DNA from: Eimeria praecox
Lineage: Eukaryota
Reading direction: 5' to 3'
Length of the DNA stretch: 64,000 nt
Assembly (NCBI GenBank): GCA_963920595.1
Contig: OY986949.1
Location: forward strand, 4,092,001 to 4,156,000
This document shows positions 1-20,642 of the stretch, piece by piece; within the stretch, counting starts at the first letter, position 1; every line of letters begins with the position of its first letter. The position numbers were made by a program, and so were the translations under genes. The notes under the pieces were generated by a model that did no database searches, had not been told where the DNA came from, and saw only the letters and a list, made by a program, of their open reading frames with translations.

Positions 1-67
1 GTTGACTTTGCTTTGTTTGATCGCTCGCTCATATCGATGTTAGTATTACCTGTTTTATCATATTGCA

Positions 68-103
<36 letters not shown>

Positions 104-260
104 CAGGGTTATTAGAACTGCTTTGTCTATGAAGGGGGTGCTGTCGTGTATTCAGACTTTTCTGTTGCATGTGTGTCGGTTTTTCTCGTATTTTTCTTTC
201 TGTCTTATTCTGTCTTTATGCTGTTTTATTTATTTATTTGTGTCTTTGTCTTGTCCGTAG

Positions 261-5393
<5,133 letters not shown>

Positions 5394-7574
5394 AGGAGAA
5401 CATGAGGGCGGGGAAAAGGGCTGAATTTGCAGTGTATAGACACCTGCCAACAGCTAATTAGTCTGTATACAACCTTGTGCGAGCGTTGAACGACATAGTC
5501 AACGCTGACTCCTTTTGAATCAAGGCTCCCTTCTCGGGTTTATCACAACCGATTTTGCTGCAATTTACTACTAGAAGATAGATAACAGCAAATTAACTAG
5601 TGCACATGCAGCGACCTTCGAGGGAACAGCGTCAACTCGTATATTGTGCTTCACATAGCCAGTAAAATATACTATGGATGAGCTGTCTATACAGTGATAT
5701 CCACAGTTGCTAAATCGAGGGTTCTACCACAAGAAAGACTCTACACTTTTGTTGAGTTTGCTTCAGGGGGTTGGTATTGCTACGTAACAAATTCTGAATA
5801 TATAAATCCTATTCATTTATGTTTAAGTTTAGTGTTTAATTCTCGACGAATACGAAGAGAATCAAGAACTCCCTGCCATTCCGCACTTGCTGAGTAGTGG
5901 AAACGCAGAAGATTTTGACGGTGTTTGCTTGTATAACTGCGGTGTACGTACACCGAGCGTCTTCTCTCTTTAACTGTTCCCTAATGGGGCTTCCTCCTAT
6001 CATTTCTCCGTTGAAACGTACATACACCAAACTGCAGCAGTGCAGCTTGGGTACAGCTTGTATACGCTCACCCTCATTTAGGATTCTGTTAGATATACTT
6101 TAAAATAAATAAAATAAAATAATTTCAGCATTTTAGTCTGCGAGAGTTCGCGTGCTGTGCTGTACGATGAGCCGAAGTGACCACGGGTTGTCCGAGTAGA
6201 GAGAAGTGCACAAATCCGGGGGATTAATTTGTATTTTGTGTAAATAAAAAACAAACAAATGCTAATGATTAGCATTCTACACATTTACTCATTGAAACAG
6301 CAAACACCTGCGCCTGTACTCTGTTCTGTTCCGAGGTGTTCGGTGGTTTGGTCCGTTCATTAACACTAATAAGTTACGTATTTCGGGCTTCGTTAAAAAA
6401 TCTTTGGTTTCTCATCAATTAAATAAGGTATTCGCTCTTTAGATAATATGAATATCAATAATATTCTAGAATTTCAGTGTTTTATTTATGTTTATATTGT
6501 AGCCGCAAGACCTGCGCGCCAGTATGAGAGCTTCGCGAATGCTGCCGGTGGTCCATTCGCTAGAAAGGCATAGATAAATAAGTTTCCTTACATAGTGCAG
6601 CAAAGCAGAAATTATCAACTAATAGTAAAACATAAATATGAGAAAAACAAAAGAAATAATAAAGTGAGTTTCTTAAGAATGTTTTAAAGAAGACGAAGAA
6701 GCTCGTGCCACCGCTAATTGCAACAACCACAAACACAGATCAGGGAGGGCCCTGTGGCTATTTACAGACTTTGGATGTTGCACATCGTCTTCGTGACATA
6801 TTTTGTGATTGTATCGAATAATAATAGAAAATTATTGTTGTTTAATTTGTATTTGTAGTTCATTGACGATCAAAGTCTTCTTTGACTTTTCTTAAATTTT
6901 TTCTGCCGACGACACAAAGGTGTCTAGACACCGCAGACGCATTCGCATGAAATGATCGCAAGGAGGGAGGGAAAGCGCACAATATTTCGATCTAAATAGC
7001 TTTAAAATGTTCAAGAATAATCTGCTTTGTGGTAAGAACATTAATGTCAGGGGATTTGCCAGATTAATTGAGCTGATTCGCTCTCTCTTCGTTATATTCG
7101 GTGCTGTTTCCCGTGCATGAAGGACAGCTGTTGCCTTCCTCATGATCCTACCCTACCCTGAATTCTTCTTTTTTATTTTATCTGGTAGAGGTTGTTAATT
7201 TGTGCCTACGAAGCGCTAATTAGCATAGAAGCTCTGAGAGCTGAGTGCGGTTGCAAGTTTAGGTCTTCCACCATAGCGAATTCTTCTGCGTTTTCTGTTG
7301 TTTGTGCAGGGCCACTTCTTGTGGCCCTCAGCCTCGCCTCTCCTTCTCCGAATGTTCAAGCCTTTGGTGGTGAGGAGGGGAAGCTCCTATCTTCACTGAG
7401 CAGATTACATATCCCCTTCCTCTTCCTTCCTTCGTTTCTTTCACTCAGCATCATTTACTTTTTACTACTATCTTTGAATCTTGACTCCAAACATTCTCCA
7501 GCAACTCCAAATCTTCCTTCTGTTGTTGCATGCATCTACTTTCCTCTACATTCTGTGTGGAGCTGCCCTTAACG

Positions 7575-8031
7575 ATGCTATTTCGTTATAGCTGCAAGCA
7601 ACTTGTACACACTGCTGCAACAGTTTTTTTGTGTTCTACCCTCTGTGTTTTGTCTTCTTCTTTATCAATTTGTTTTGTATTTTAAATATTTTAAATATAA
7701 CTGTCTCTCTCTCTTTCCATGTATGCGAAATTAATGCAGGTTTAAAGGATTTCCCTCCAGCCTCCCTGCAATATGATGACGCAGGGCGGCTGTCTTCTAT
7801 TGCTTCTTTACTCGACACTCAGTCTACAGATAATCCTTATGAGCGAATGTCTTCTGTAGACAGCAGCAGCAGCAACAACAACAACAGCAGCAGCAGCAGC
7901 AGCAGCAGAGGCAGCTGGGGGCCATCCATTGGCTCCACTGCTTCTACTGGGCTTTCTACTCCTTCTTACAGCAGCAGCGCTTCAGGTTAGCTGCAGCAGA
8001 ATGTAATGAATCAGCAGCAAATACAGCAGCA

Positions 8032-8065
<34 letters not shown>

Positions 8066-8084
8066 CTGCAACGTTAACAGCAGC

Positions 8085-8121
<37 letters not shown>

Positions 8122-9883
8122 ACGTTCACAGCAGCTGCTGCGATTCGACAGAGTTGTTTTGTTTTGTTTTTTCTCTGTTTCTCAGATGCATCAGCGGCAT
8201 TAGCTTCTCTCCTTTCTAATGAAGGAAAGTCTAATTCAAACAAACAGCAATGAGCTGCTGCTGCTTTGGTTGCTGCTGCAGCTGTTGCTTCTGTTTTTCT
8301 TCTTTTGCTGATGCTGCTACCGTTGTTGTTGCTCTTGCTGTTGCTGCTGCTGCTGCTGCTGTGACGTTGCTGTTGTCTCTGTTGCTGCTGCTGTTTGTTT
8401 CTTCAGGGGCTTTTCTGCAGCAGCTGCAGCAGCAGATAATAGTTAGTACTAGATACGCCTTGGAGCAGCCAGCGAAATACTGCGCTGAAGAAGGAGAAGA
8501 CACGACCTTCTGTCTCGTAATTAGAGAATTCGCAGCAGCACTTCGATCCATATCAGGTGCATTCCCCTAGGGTTTAGGGTTTAGGGTTTAGGGTTTAGGG
8601 TTGGGGGATTAGGTTTACGGTGTAGAATCCCTAGGGTTTAAGGTTTAGGGTTTAGGGTTTAGGGTTTAGAGTTGGTTGTTTGGGATTCGCGGTTTAGGGC
8701 TTAAGCATAGGGTTTGCGGTTTAGGGTGTCTGTTTTAGGACTTGCTGTTTAGGGTTTAGGGTTTAGGGTTTAGGGTTTAGGGCTTAGGGTTTAGGGTTTA
8801 GGGTTTAGGGTTTAGGTTTATGCTGCATGTGTTGTGTTTAAAACAGACATTGAATGTATCCCTGCGAGTGAAATCGAAGATAAAAAGAAAGGGAAGATTT
8901 CTCTTCTCGAATTGGAGCCAAATACACTGGAACAGACAGCCAGTAAACCCTAAACCCTAAACCCTAACCCCTAAACCCTAAACCCTAAACCCTAATGCAT
9001 CACGACGATTCTTTGAGTGTACGTAAACGAGTTTATACATAGAAACCCATTTGTAAGAAGGTAGAAAGCTAGCTACCTTCTTACAAAGGGTTTTTTATGT
9101 ATATATACTCCCTAAACCCTAAACCCTAAACCCTAAACCCTAAACGAAAAATACGTTTGCCTATCTATTTTAATATGCAGAGCCTCACAGTTTCATGGAT
9201 GTACCTACACAAGAAGAAGTCAAAAGAAGAGAAGAGGAAGCGGCTGCTCAGTATCAGCGGCAAGCAGAAGCAGCGCAAAGGAGGGGACAAGAAGTCCTCA
9301 AAGAAGGTAATTAGGGTTTAGGGTTTAGGGTTTAGGGGTTTAGGGTTTAGAGGTTAAGATTCAGGGGTTCGAACGTGGTGCTTGGAAAGGCGTTTCTCCT
9401 CACGGTTTAGGGTTTAGGGTTTAGGGTTTAGGGTTTAGGGTTTACACATGCAGAGATGCGCATACACCTGAATCCTTCACATTAATAGAAATTTAAATTA
9501 ATTTTAAAATCAACACTTCTATTTTTCTGCTGTCTGTACACTCAGCTGGAGAGAGAGGAAATGTTGAAGCGATTACAGAGGCAGCACAGAAAGTATATAT
9601 GGTACAGGCGATCTTACAATGTGGGTTTTCTCATGCTATGTATTTAAATATTAAATAATAAATAATAAATAGTATAAATAAAATAATAAAATAATAAAAT
9701 AATAAAATAAATAGAGTTGAAAAAACACAAAAAACATCAGAAGTGTGTTTCTACACGATGTTCAATTTTTTGTTTTTTATATTTTTTTTTTGTTTTTGTG
9801 TATTTCTTCTCAGCTGCTTACTACATGCAAGCAGGAGGTAAGTAAATATATTAAATATTATTTGTTGTATATATTTAATATAT

Positions 9884-9935
<52 letters not shown>

Positions 9936-10913
9936 GGTCAATTATATTGTATGTATGTCTATAAATTGATGTTATTGTGTTGTTTTGCAGTGTATGTACT
10001 GATTACGTCTGCAAAGGTTTCTCTTTATAATTTAGAAGCATCTATTGTTGCAAGTCCCGATCAGATAATAATATCTTTATCTGATGTTTATAATTTTTTA
10101 TTAAGCTCGTTATCAGGGCCCCTAACCATAGCATGGCATATACTTGATTTAGTAATTGAGGTTGTAGGAAGAACATTACAACATATAACATCAAACAAAT
10201 CCGCTGCATCTAATTATTTATCTGAGGGTTTTCTACAACTTAATGATATAGATAATCTTGTTGAAAGTATATCTAAAAGGAAAGCAGAATTAACAGCCAC
10301 ATTAGAAAAATCTATTCAAGATGTAGACAGTCAAATCATATCAGATATACAGCCTCAGCTGTATGCGCGACTCAGCCCCAATACACAACAAACTATCGTT
10401 CAGAGAGTTATTGCTGCTATTAACAGTAAACAAAAACCCTAAACCCTAAACCCTAATCCCTAAACCCTAAACCCTAAACCCTAAACCCTAAGCCTCTAAA
10501 CCTCAAAACCTAAATTTCTCTCAAACCCTAAACCCTCTAAACCTGTAAACCTCAAACTCTAAACCTCCCTCGAACAAACCTCAAACCCTAAACCCTAAAC
10601 CGTAAACCCTAAACCCTAACCCCTAAACCCTAAACCCTCTTCTCTAATCTGTTTCTTGTTATGTGCTACTATGCAGGGACTGCTGCAAATTCTTTCAGTG
10701 TATCGACAGCTATCATCCAAGGAGGCGAAGGCTTCGCTCCTTCTCCTTCTACACTTCCCCAACATCCTGGTTATGTTATACGCTTCGGTCGAGCTGCGGG
10801 GCCAGCAGCAGCAGCAGCACCACCACCAGCAGCACCAGCAGCAGCAGCAGCAGCAGCTCCACCAGCAGCAGCAGCAGCACCACCACCACCACCACCAGCA
10901 GCAGCAGCACCAC

Positions 10914-10944
<31 letters not shown>

Positions 10945-11018
10945 ACCAGAAGCAGCTGCTGCAAGGGGAGGCCCTGGCTTATATCCACGTGTAGAGATAG
11001 TGTATGCGAAAGAAGCAG

Positions 11019-11072
<54 letters not shown>

Positions 11073-11473
11073 GAATACCTTCTGTAGGTGTTGATTTAGG
11101 GAAGACAGGTTATTCATCTACTTTTGCTGGTTTAGAAGAAGTAGAAACAAACGCAAGAGAAAAAGAAGTTGAGGCGATCGTAGAATTAGGAAGCAGAATA
11201 GCAAAAGGAGCTACACAGTTTCACACTGTTCTTGCTGTAAGTTTATTTATTTATTTATTTTATTTATTTGTTTATTTGTTTATTTTATTTGTTTATTTGT
11301 TTGTTTGTTTATTTGGTTGTTTGTTTGTTTGGTTTTTCTTATTGTTTATTTTATTATTTTTATTATTATTTGTTGTATTTATGTATTTGTTTGTTTGTCT
11401 TCTTCAATTAATTTTTTATATTTATTCTTCTTTAATTTTCTGTCTAAACACCCCGAAACTGCAGCAGCAGCAC

Positions 11474-11520
<47 letters not shown>

Positions 11521-12598
11521 CAAGCAGCAACAGCAGCAGCAGCAGCACAAGCAGCAGCAGCAGCAACAACATAAATAGCCGCATAACCAGCAACATGAAA
11601 AGCAGTATAAAAACGAGCAGCAGCAGCATCCCGAACAGCACGAGCAGCAACAACAGCAGCAGCAACAGCAGCAACAGCAGCAGCAGCACAAGCAACAGCA
11701 GCAACAGCAGCAGCAGCAGCAGCAGCAGCGCGATCTCATTTATTTGTTTTTAATTATTATTTTTTCAGGATTACGCACTATCTTCTCGAGGGACCGAAGG
11801 CGATATATGCAGAGCAGAGATTAATCTATTTACTCAAACATCAGAAGAAAAGAAAGATAATATATATTCTAAAGATATAACCTCAAGAGCAGCTGCTGCT
11901 GCCAATAAAATGTTTATACACCACAAAACAAAACCAAAAAAAACACAAATTGTTTTCTTTGCTACAGATGAAGATATCAAGAAACACGTTAAAACAATCT
12001 GTAAAATATTTATTTTTTTTTATAAATATATTCATTTATAATAATATATTTATATGTTTATGTATTTATATATTAACATATTAGTGTATTTACTAAATAT
12101 ATTAATATATTAATAAATTAATATATTTACATATTAATATATAAATATGTTAATGTACTTACTAAATATATTAATATATTAATATATTAACATATTAATA
12201 TACTAATATATTTACATATTAATATATTTGTATGTGAATATATGAATCTCTGTCTCGCTATCTCTCTGTCTCTCTGTCTGTCTCTGTCTCTCTCTGCATA
12301 TCTATCTATCTATGTATACGTATATAGATATAGATAGATAGATAGATAGATAGATATATTTATTTATTTGCTCTTGTGTTGTTGTATTTATGTAGTTGTG
12401 TTTGTTTTGCTATGCTGACGTTAGAGTGTATACTTGTCTAAGGTTTTTGTATTTTTATATATTTACAATATATATAAATATATATACATATATATACAAC
12501 AGCCTTATTCTTATATTATTATATATGTATTCTAAATCTATTACTATATTAAGACCTATTTAAAACAACATATCTATATATCTATATCTATATCTGTA

Positions 12599-12696
<98 letters not shown>

Positions 12697-13503
12697 TATA
12701 TATATATATATATATATATGATTATATCTCTCTTTCAATTTTTCTTTAATCTTGCGGTGTATGTACAGTTGATATCTACAAACAAACTCTTTCTTCTCCT
12801 GTAGAACCGGCTCCTTCTTTTTATACTCTAACTAGTACAGGATGTGTCTCAGCTACAAAAGATTTAATTAAATTATTTCATGAACAGTGGAGAGATAGAA
12901 ATTTATTTAAATTAATATATCAAGATCCTGTTCTTAGTGAGAGACTAAAAAAAAGGGTTGATATCCTCCTTAGACAAGGTTAGAAAACCCTAAACCCTAA
13001 ACCCTAAACCCTAAACCCTAAACCGTATATCCTAAACCCTAAACCCTAAACCGTATATCCTAAACCCTAAACCCTAAACCCTAAACTCTAAACCCTAAAC
13101 CCTAAACTTGAAACCCGAAATCCTCAACCTTAAACCTTAAACCCTAAACCCTAAACCCTAAACCCTAAACCCTAGATTAATTGAGGTGTCTGTACACCAG
13201 GGATTGTACCGACTATGGACGAAGAGACAGACAGAAAATATGGAAGTCAAATTAATTCGATGTTAACTTCTTATCTTCATCAGGGTGAGATAATATTAAT
13301 ATTAGTAGAAAATAATATATTAAAAATTCTAGTTTTAATTATTATTATTAGTATTAGTGTTTGTGTTCTTGCTGTTGTTATTATTTATTTTATTATTACT
13401 TATTTTATTATTATATATTTTATTATTATTTATTTTATTTCAAGTATACGCCCCTCGGAAACTCGTTTTAGATGCACTTATTAGTTTTCTACAAAAATAC
13501 ATT

Positions 13504-13560
<57 letters not shown>

Positions 13561-13782
13561 GAGATATACTATAAAAATAACAATAAAATAACAATACAAA
13601 ACGTAGATATTGTATAAACTATTTATACATTTTGTTTTTTTTTTATTTTTTATTTTCAGAGAAACCGAGGGGAAAGCGTCTATCTCCACGAAAAGGTAAT
13701 TCTATTGTTCTTTGTTTTTAGTTTTTGTAGATTTATTTTGTTTTCTTGATTTTTTTGTGTTATTTGTTTTAATATCTAAAGA

Positions 13783-13854
<72 letters not shown>

Positions 13855-14252
13855 TTCTGTTTTTTTGTGTGTTTTCTTCTCTCGTTTGCTTCCTTTCTCT
13901 TAGTATTTTCACATTAACTTTTTTTAATTTATATATTTAATTAATTATTTTTATTGTTTATTGTTTATTTATTTTATTCTTTCAAATTCTATTTAGTCTC
14001 AGGCAGCCCCATAACTTTCGGTTTTCTTGATATCTGTGATAGCGAGTGTTATAAAAAAACTGAATCGAAGAAGGGCGACAGTAAGAGAGATATATTTATT
14101 TAATAAATATAAATAATTATAATTAAATAATAAAAATAATTTAAATTAAATAATATAAATAAACATAATTATAATTTATATTATATTAATTATAATTTAT
14201 AATCATAGTTTTTTTGAGAAACTCCGAAACACGCAAATACACTTCGATGTAT

Positions 14253-14295
<43 letters not shown>

Positions 14296-14899
14296 TTTGT
14301 TTATTTATTTGTTTATGTATACAAATATAAACAGAAGTGCAAATACAACCATAAATAAAAAAATAAAAGAAAAACTACAAGAATAAATATAAATACCACA
14401 ATTATAAATATAAATAAATAAATAAATAAATAAATAAAAATATGAAAGACGAGAAGTATATGTTTAACTTTATATAAATATTTTTTAGTTTTTTTAATAA
14501 TAATTTGTAATGTCTCTTTGCCTCTGTTTGTTGCTCTAGTTGTTTTTGATATATTTTTATATTATTTTGTTTTAATTTAATTTAATTTAATAATTCAATT
14601 TAATATTATTTAATTTAATTTAATTTTATCTTATTTTATTTTATTTTTATGCTGTTTTATTTTATTTTTATTCTACTTCACTTTGCTTTAATTTAATTAA
14701 ATTTAATATAATTATATTTTATTTTGTTTTATTTATTATTTGTTTTAGTTGCTCGGAGTTTTTTCTTCTCTATGGATCAAACATTAATGAAGATAGAAGC
14801 AAAATTAAAAAAACAAACAGGTTTCGCTCTTTTGTTTTACGGTCTATTACCGACACCTGAGGTGAGGCCTGCAAGAAAATAATAGTATTATAATAATGT

Positions 14900-14930
<31 letters not shown>

Positions 14931-14986
14931 ATGTATATAATATCATATTATATATGTATCTATATCTATATCTATCTATCTATCTA

Positions 14987-15067
<81 letters not shown>

Positions 15068-15162
15068 AGATAGATACATAGATAGATAGATAGATAGATA
15101 GGTCGATAGATAGATAGATAGATAGAAAGATAGATAGATACATAGAGATATACATAGATAGA

Positions 15163-15226
<64 letters not shown>

Positions 15227-15314
15227 TATATATATATATATATGTAAATTAATATTAATGACTTTATTAATTAGTTAGCTTACAGATAATAATATAATAT
15301 AATAATATATATAG

Positions 15315-15345
<31 letters not shown>

Positions 15346-15550
15346 CTTCCATTCGTTCATTTACTTTTATTTTTATTTATAATAAAATATTTTTTATTTA
15401 CGTTTATTTATATTTATGATATTATTTATAATAATAATAATAAAATAAAAGATTAGATATGCCGAACTTAAATTATTATTTTATTATTTTTGTTTCTTCT
15501 TCGTTTTTGTTTTGTTCTGTCTTGATGAATATAAGTAAAGTATATATAAA

Positions 15551-15607
<57 letters not shown>

Positions 15608-15666
15608 ATGCTGCCATTTTTATATAATAATACTAACAATATTAGTATTATCATTATTATTATTAC

Positions 15667-15703
<37 letters not shown>

Positions 15704-16784
15704 TTGTTTGTTTTTGAATTAGGGTTCAGGGTTATCGAGGAGATTGCTTCGCGATGTTTTATCTTCTTATTTTTCTCTTCTTTCTTTCTTCGATAAAACA
15801 AATAAAACTACGAAAGAAGATATATTTGATTTAAATAATTTAAAGATATTATTGTCTGGTTTATCTACAACATCAAATTATATAAGTATGTTATTAAAAG
15901 ATAAAACAATAAAAGATAGTATATATTTATTATTTCATGCGTGGATACAGCTGCGGGGTGTACAGGCAGCTTCAGAAGGTTTTATAAAAACAGAAAAACA
16001 TAAAAATAAATATAATAATTCTTCTGTTGTATTTAGTAAAACATGGTTTGATGGGGATATTAGAAAACAAATACAAGAAGATATAATTAAACCATTCCCT
16101 GCTCCTCTACTTTCTACAGGAATACAAATTGGTAAGAGAGATATTTTTATTTAATTTAATCTAATTTAATTTAATTTAATTTAATCTAATTTAATTTAAT
16201 TTAATTTAATTTAATTTAATTTAATTTAATTTAATTTAATTTAATTTAATTTAATTTAATTTACTTGTTTTGTTTTAGTTTAATTTAATTTAATTTAATT
16301 TAATTTAATTTAATTTAATTTAATTTAGTTTAGTTCAGTTTAATTTAATTTAATTTTTGTTTAATTTAGTTTAGTTTAATTTAATTTAACTTGTTTTGTC
16401 TTGTTTTGTTTTTTGTTTTATTTTGTTTTTTGCTCTGTTTGTTTTTTTGCTGTTGTGTTTGTTATTTTATTTTATTTAATTTTGTTTAATTTTATTTAAT
16501 TTTGTTTAATTTTATTTAATTTAATTTAATTTTATTTAATTTTTGTTTTATTTTATTTAATTTGATACTATGTTAGTATTAATTTTAGTATTGCTAGCTT
16601 TTGTTTATTTTATCTTATTCTTTCTTTTGTCTATGTCCTTTTTTATTTTATCTTCTTCTTTTCTGTTGTATAATATTTCTTCTCTCTCTCAGCATTTATT
16701 TTAAATTAAATTTTTGTTTTTTTATTATTAGTTGTTGAAAATAAACAAAAAACAAAATAAGATGTAGCACACGTTTGTTTATAT

Positions 16785-16869
<85 letters not shown>

Positions 16870-18385
16870 GTAGATATACACTATACAGATACATATAACA
16901 CTTAGTCTTTCCTTTCTTATTTCTTTCTTAAATTATTCTATTAATATTATATTTATATTATACTATTAATATATTATTATTATTCTATATTATATTATAT
17001 TATATATGTTTTTATATTATATTACTATTATATTATTACTATTATATATTATTATATTATATTATCTATGTTTGTTTCTGCAGCCTTCTATCTGCATTCA
17101 GTAGTAGAATGCTATTCATCAAATATATTAAAAAACCTAACAACAGCAGCAAAATCTTTTTTTACGGGTTTGTTTAGAAAAGATAAACGTATATCTTTGC
17201 CTACATCATGGAGTGATATAATTAAACAAACCAATCCACAACAAGTAGTACATTTAAAACAATATCAAGGATCTTTACAAGTAATATCAAATCTAGCTAC
17301 AAGCTTCAGACAGCGTTTCTTGAGGTGTATATACACCTCAGAAGGGCCTTCAACATTAAAAGCTTTCTTTGCTGTTATTCAATCACTTGTTGCTTTGTGG
17401 ATGATACCACCAAATAATAATAATACATTTAATCTTGAAGATGAAAATATATTAAATGCAAAGAAGTTGTTTTATTATTACGTCTTCCTTCATCGTAAGC
17501 TGTACTGTACATACACCGTAAATCAAATTATTTTTATTTTTTTTGTTTTTTTTTTTTCTACAATTAGTAAAATGTTTGAAGAATGAAATGAAGTAGAATT
17601 TATGTTTATATTTTAAATATATTTATTATTTAGAGGAGAGATTATATATTTAATTAAAATATTGTTTTTGTTGTTGTTTCTGTTTTTTTCTCTCTTAGCG
17701 AAAGGCCCTTCGTATGTAGCTGCAAAAGTTATATCGCAAGAATGTGGAGGTGAAGCATACCCTTTAATTAATTAATTAATTAATTAATTAAATTAATTAA
17801 TTAATTAATTAATTTAATTAATTAATTAATTAATTAATTAGCTAATTATTTATGTATTTATATATGTAGTTATTTGTATGCGTTTGTTTACGTTTTTGTT
17901 TGTGTATTTATTACTGTGTTAATGTATTTCTTTATTTAATTAAATATATAATTAATTAATTAATTAATTAATTAATTATGATTTATTTAATTAATAATTA
18001 ACTAACTAATTAATTAATTAATTAATTAATTAATTAATTAATTATGATTTAATTAATTAACTAATTAACGAATTAATTAATTACTTACTTACTTACTTAA
18101 TTAATTAATTATAATTTAAATAAACTGTTATGTTGTGTATAGGTCTTGGAGGGGTTTTAGATTTAGGGGTAGTAGTAGACGTGAAAGACAATACAAGAAC
18201 AACAACAAGCGATTCTGAGGTGTATATACAGTCCAAATCAATATCAATAAAGAAACAGAGTAATTTAATATCATTTCTAAATACTTTAATGTCTACATAC
18301 TCAGATCCCCTCACTATTATTAAAGTTGCTGTTGATTTTGCTTCGCGTTGTAAAGCAACACTGTCGCATCCGAGAGGAAGTCATG

Positions 18386-18432
<47 letters not shown>

Positions 18433-18490
18433 ACAGCAGCAGCAGCAGCACAACCAGAAGCAGCAGCAGCAGCAGCACAACCAGAAGCAA

Positions 18491-18522
<32 letters not shown>

Positions 18523-20314
18523 ACACCAGCAGCAGCAGCAGAAGAAGAAAATATATATGAGAGTATGAAACCACAGACTATGTCTTCTCTTCTACAAATA
18601 TCTACAACTAATAAAACAAATATTGAAAGAAGACAAAAGAGAGTAAATTATATTTAATATATTTAATGTATATTTAGTTAATATATAAATTATATTATTT
18701 ATCTTATTTTATTTATTTTCTATATTTAATACTACGAATGCTTCGTTCTTACTATTTTTATTATTACTATTAGTATTATAGTTATATATTACATATTATT
18801 ATTATATATCATTATTATTATTATATATTATTATTTTTACTATATATTATTATTTTTATTATGTATGATTATTATTATTGTTATTACTATTCTTATATAT
18901 TATTCTTATTGTTATAATTATTATATTTTATTATTATTATTTTTATCTTTATTTTTATTTTATGTTTGCTTTAAAGAAAATGCCTTACATATAAAACAAA
19001 CTGATTACCATTAATTAATTAATTAATTAATTAATTAATTAATTAATTAATTAATTAATTAGTTAATTATTATTATAATTATTATTGTTTGTTTGTATTT
19101 TTCTTTTTGTTGTTTGTTTTTGTTTTTAGTTTGTGGTGTTATATTCTTACTGTTCTTATTCTTTTTATTTGTTTTTATTTTATTTTATTTTATTTTATTT
19201 ATTTATATTTATATATTTGTTTATTCTTTAAATTGTATTTGTATTATTATAATATAATTTATACTATCTAATGTGTTAGTTATTAAAATATATATACATA
19301 TATTTCTCTCTTCCTTATCTTAATAATAATAATTCTAAAAACATATAAACAAGATAAATAATTAAATAAATAAAATAATAAAATAAATAAAATATATTTT
19401 TATTTCTATTACTTTCGGGTGTATGTACAGCCCGAGCTCTCGGTAGAACAGCAACAACAAATTCTGTCTTCGAAATTATTGATAGACTATTGGTGTCAGC
19501 GATATAAAGGTATATTAATTAATTATTTAATTTAATTTAATTTAATTTAACTTAATTTAATTTAATTTAATTTAATTAATTTAAATTTATTTAATTAGCT
19601 AAATTAATTAATTAATTAATTAATTTAAGTACTTAATTAATCTAAATTAATTTATTATTATTTATTTATTCTTTTTATTCTTATTACAATTACACATTCG
19701 TATTATTATTATTTGTTTATATGTTTACTTATTTATTTATTTTTTTATTTATTTTTGGCTATTATTATTTGTTTGCTTATTATTTATTTATTTATTTATT
19801 CTTTCATTAATATCTATTATTTATTATTTACTATTTATTATTTATTATTTATTATTTATTATTTATTATTTATTATTTATTATTTATTATTTATTATTAT
19901 TTTTTATTTTTTATTTTTTATTTTTTATTTTTTATTTTTTATTTATTATTTATCATTTATTATTAATAAATTAAGTAATTAATTTATTTATTAATTTATT
20001 AATTAACTAATTAATTAATTAATTTATTTATTTACTATTTGTTTGTTTATTTGTTGTAGAACTAACACTAAGCCGTATGTCAACTTTAAAACGACAGAAC
20101 GCAGAGGAGTTAAAGAGGCAACTCGAGGAGGAGTTAGATAAAATAACTGAGGTGTCTGTACAGCTTAAAATAAATAAAAATAAAAAAAATATAAATATTA
20201 ATGAAGAGACAGTAATATCATTTAAATGTTTGTGGATGAATGGAAATATACACCAAGATAAAATGTTAAGAGAAAGAGCAGCGATGGTTCGATATGCTTT
20301 ATGTAAGTCTTTAG

Positions 20315-20394
<80 letters not shown>

Positions 20395-20580
20395 TAATTA
20401 ATTAATTAATTAATTAATTAATTAATTAACTAAATAATATAAATATAGAAATATATTAACGTAGAAATATATAAATATTGTTAATTAATTAATATAAATA
20501 TACTAGTTAATTAATTAATAGAAAACTAGAAAGATAGAAATATACAATTAATTAATTAATATACCTATATATAAGTTAGT

Positions 20581-20642
<62 letters not shown>

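Noticed and set aside
5694..7572. Short ORFs between DUS3 and RON4
   Set aside because: No recognisable motifs or consistent splice chain, and most start at non-ATG codons; likely 3' UTR, intergenic DNA and RON4 5' UTR.
8250..8570. Cys-rich/hydrophobic ORF as the RON4 signal peptide or a metallothionein
   Set aside because: The first half derives from CTG/TTG repeats before an acceptor at 8406; only the part after it looks exonic, and a better signal-like start exists at 7575.
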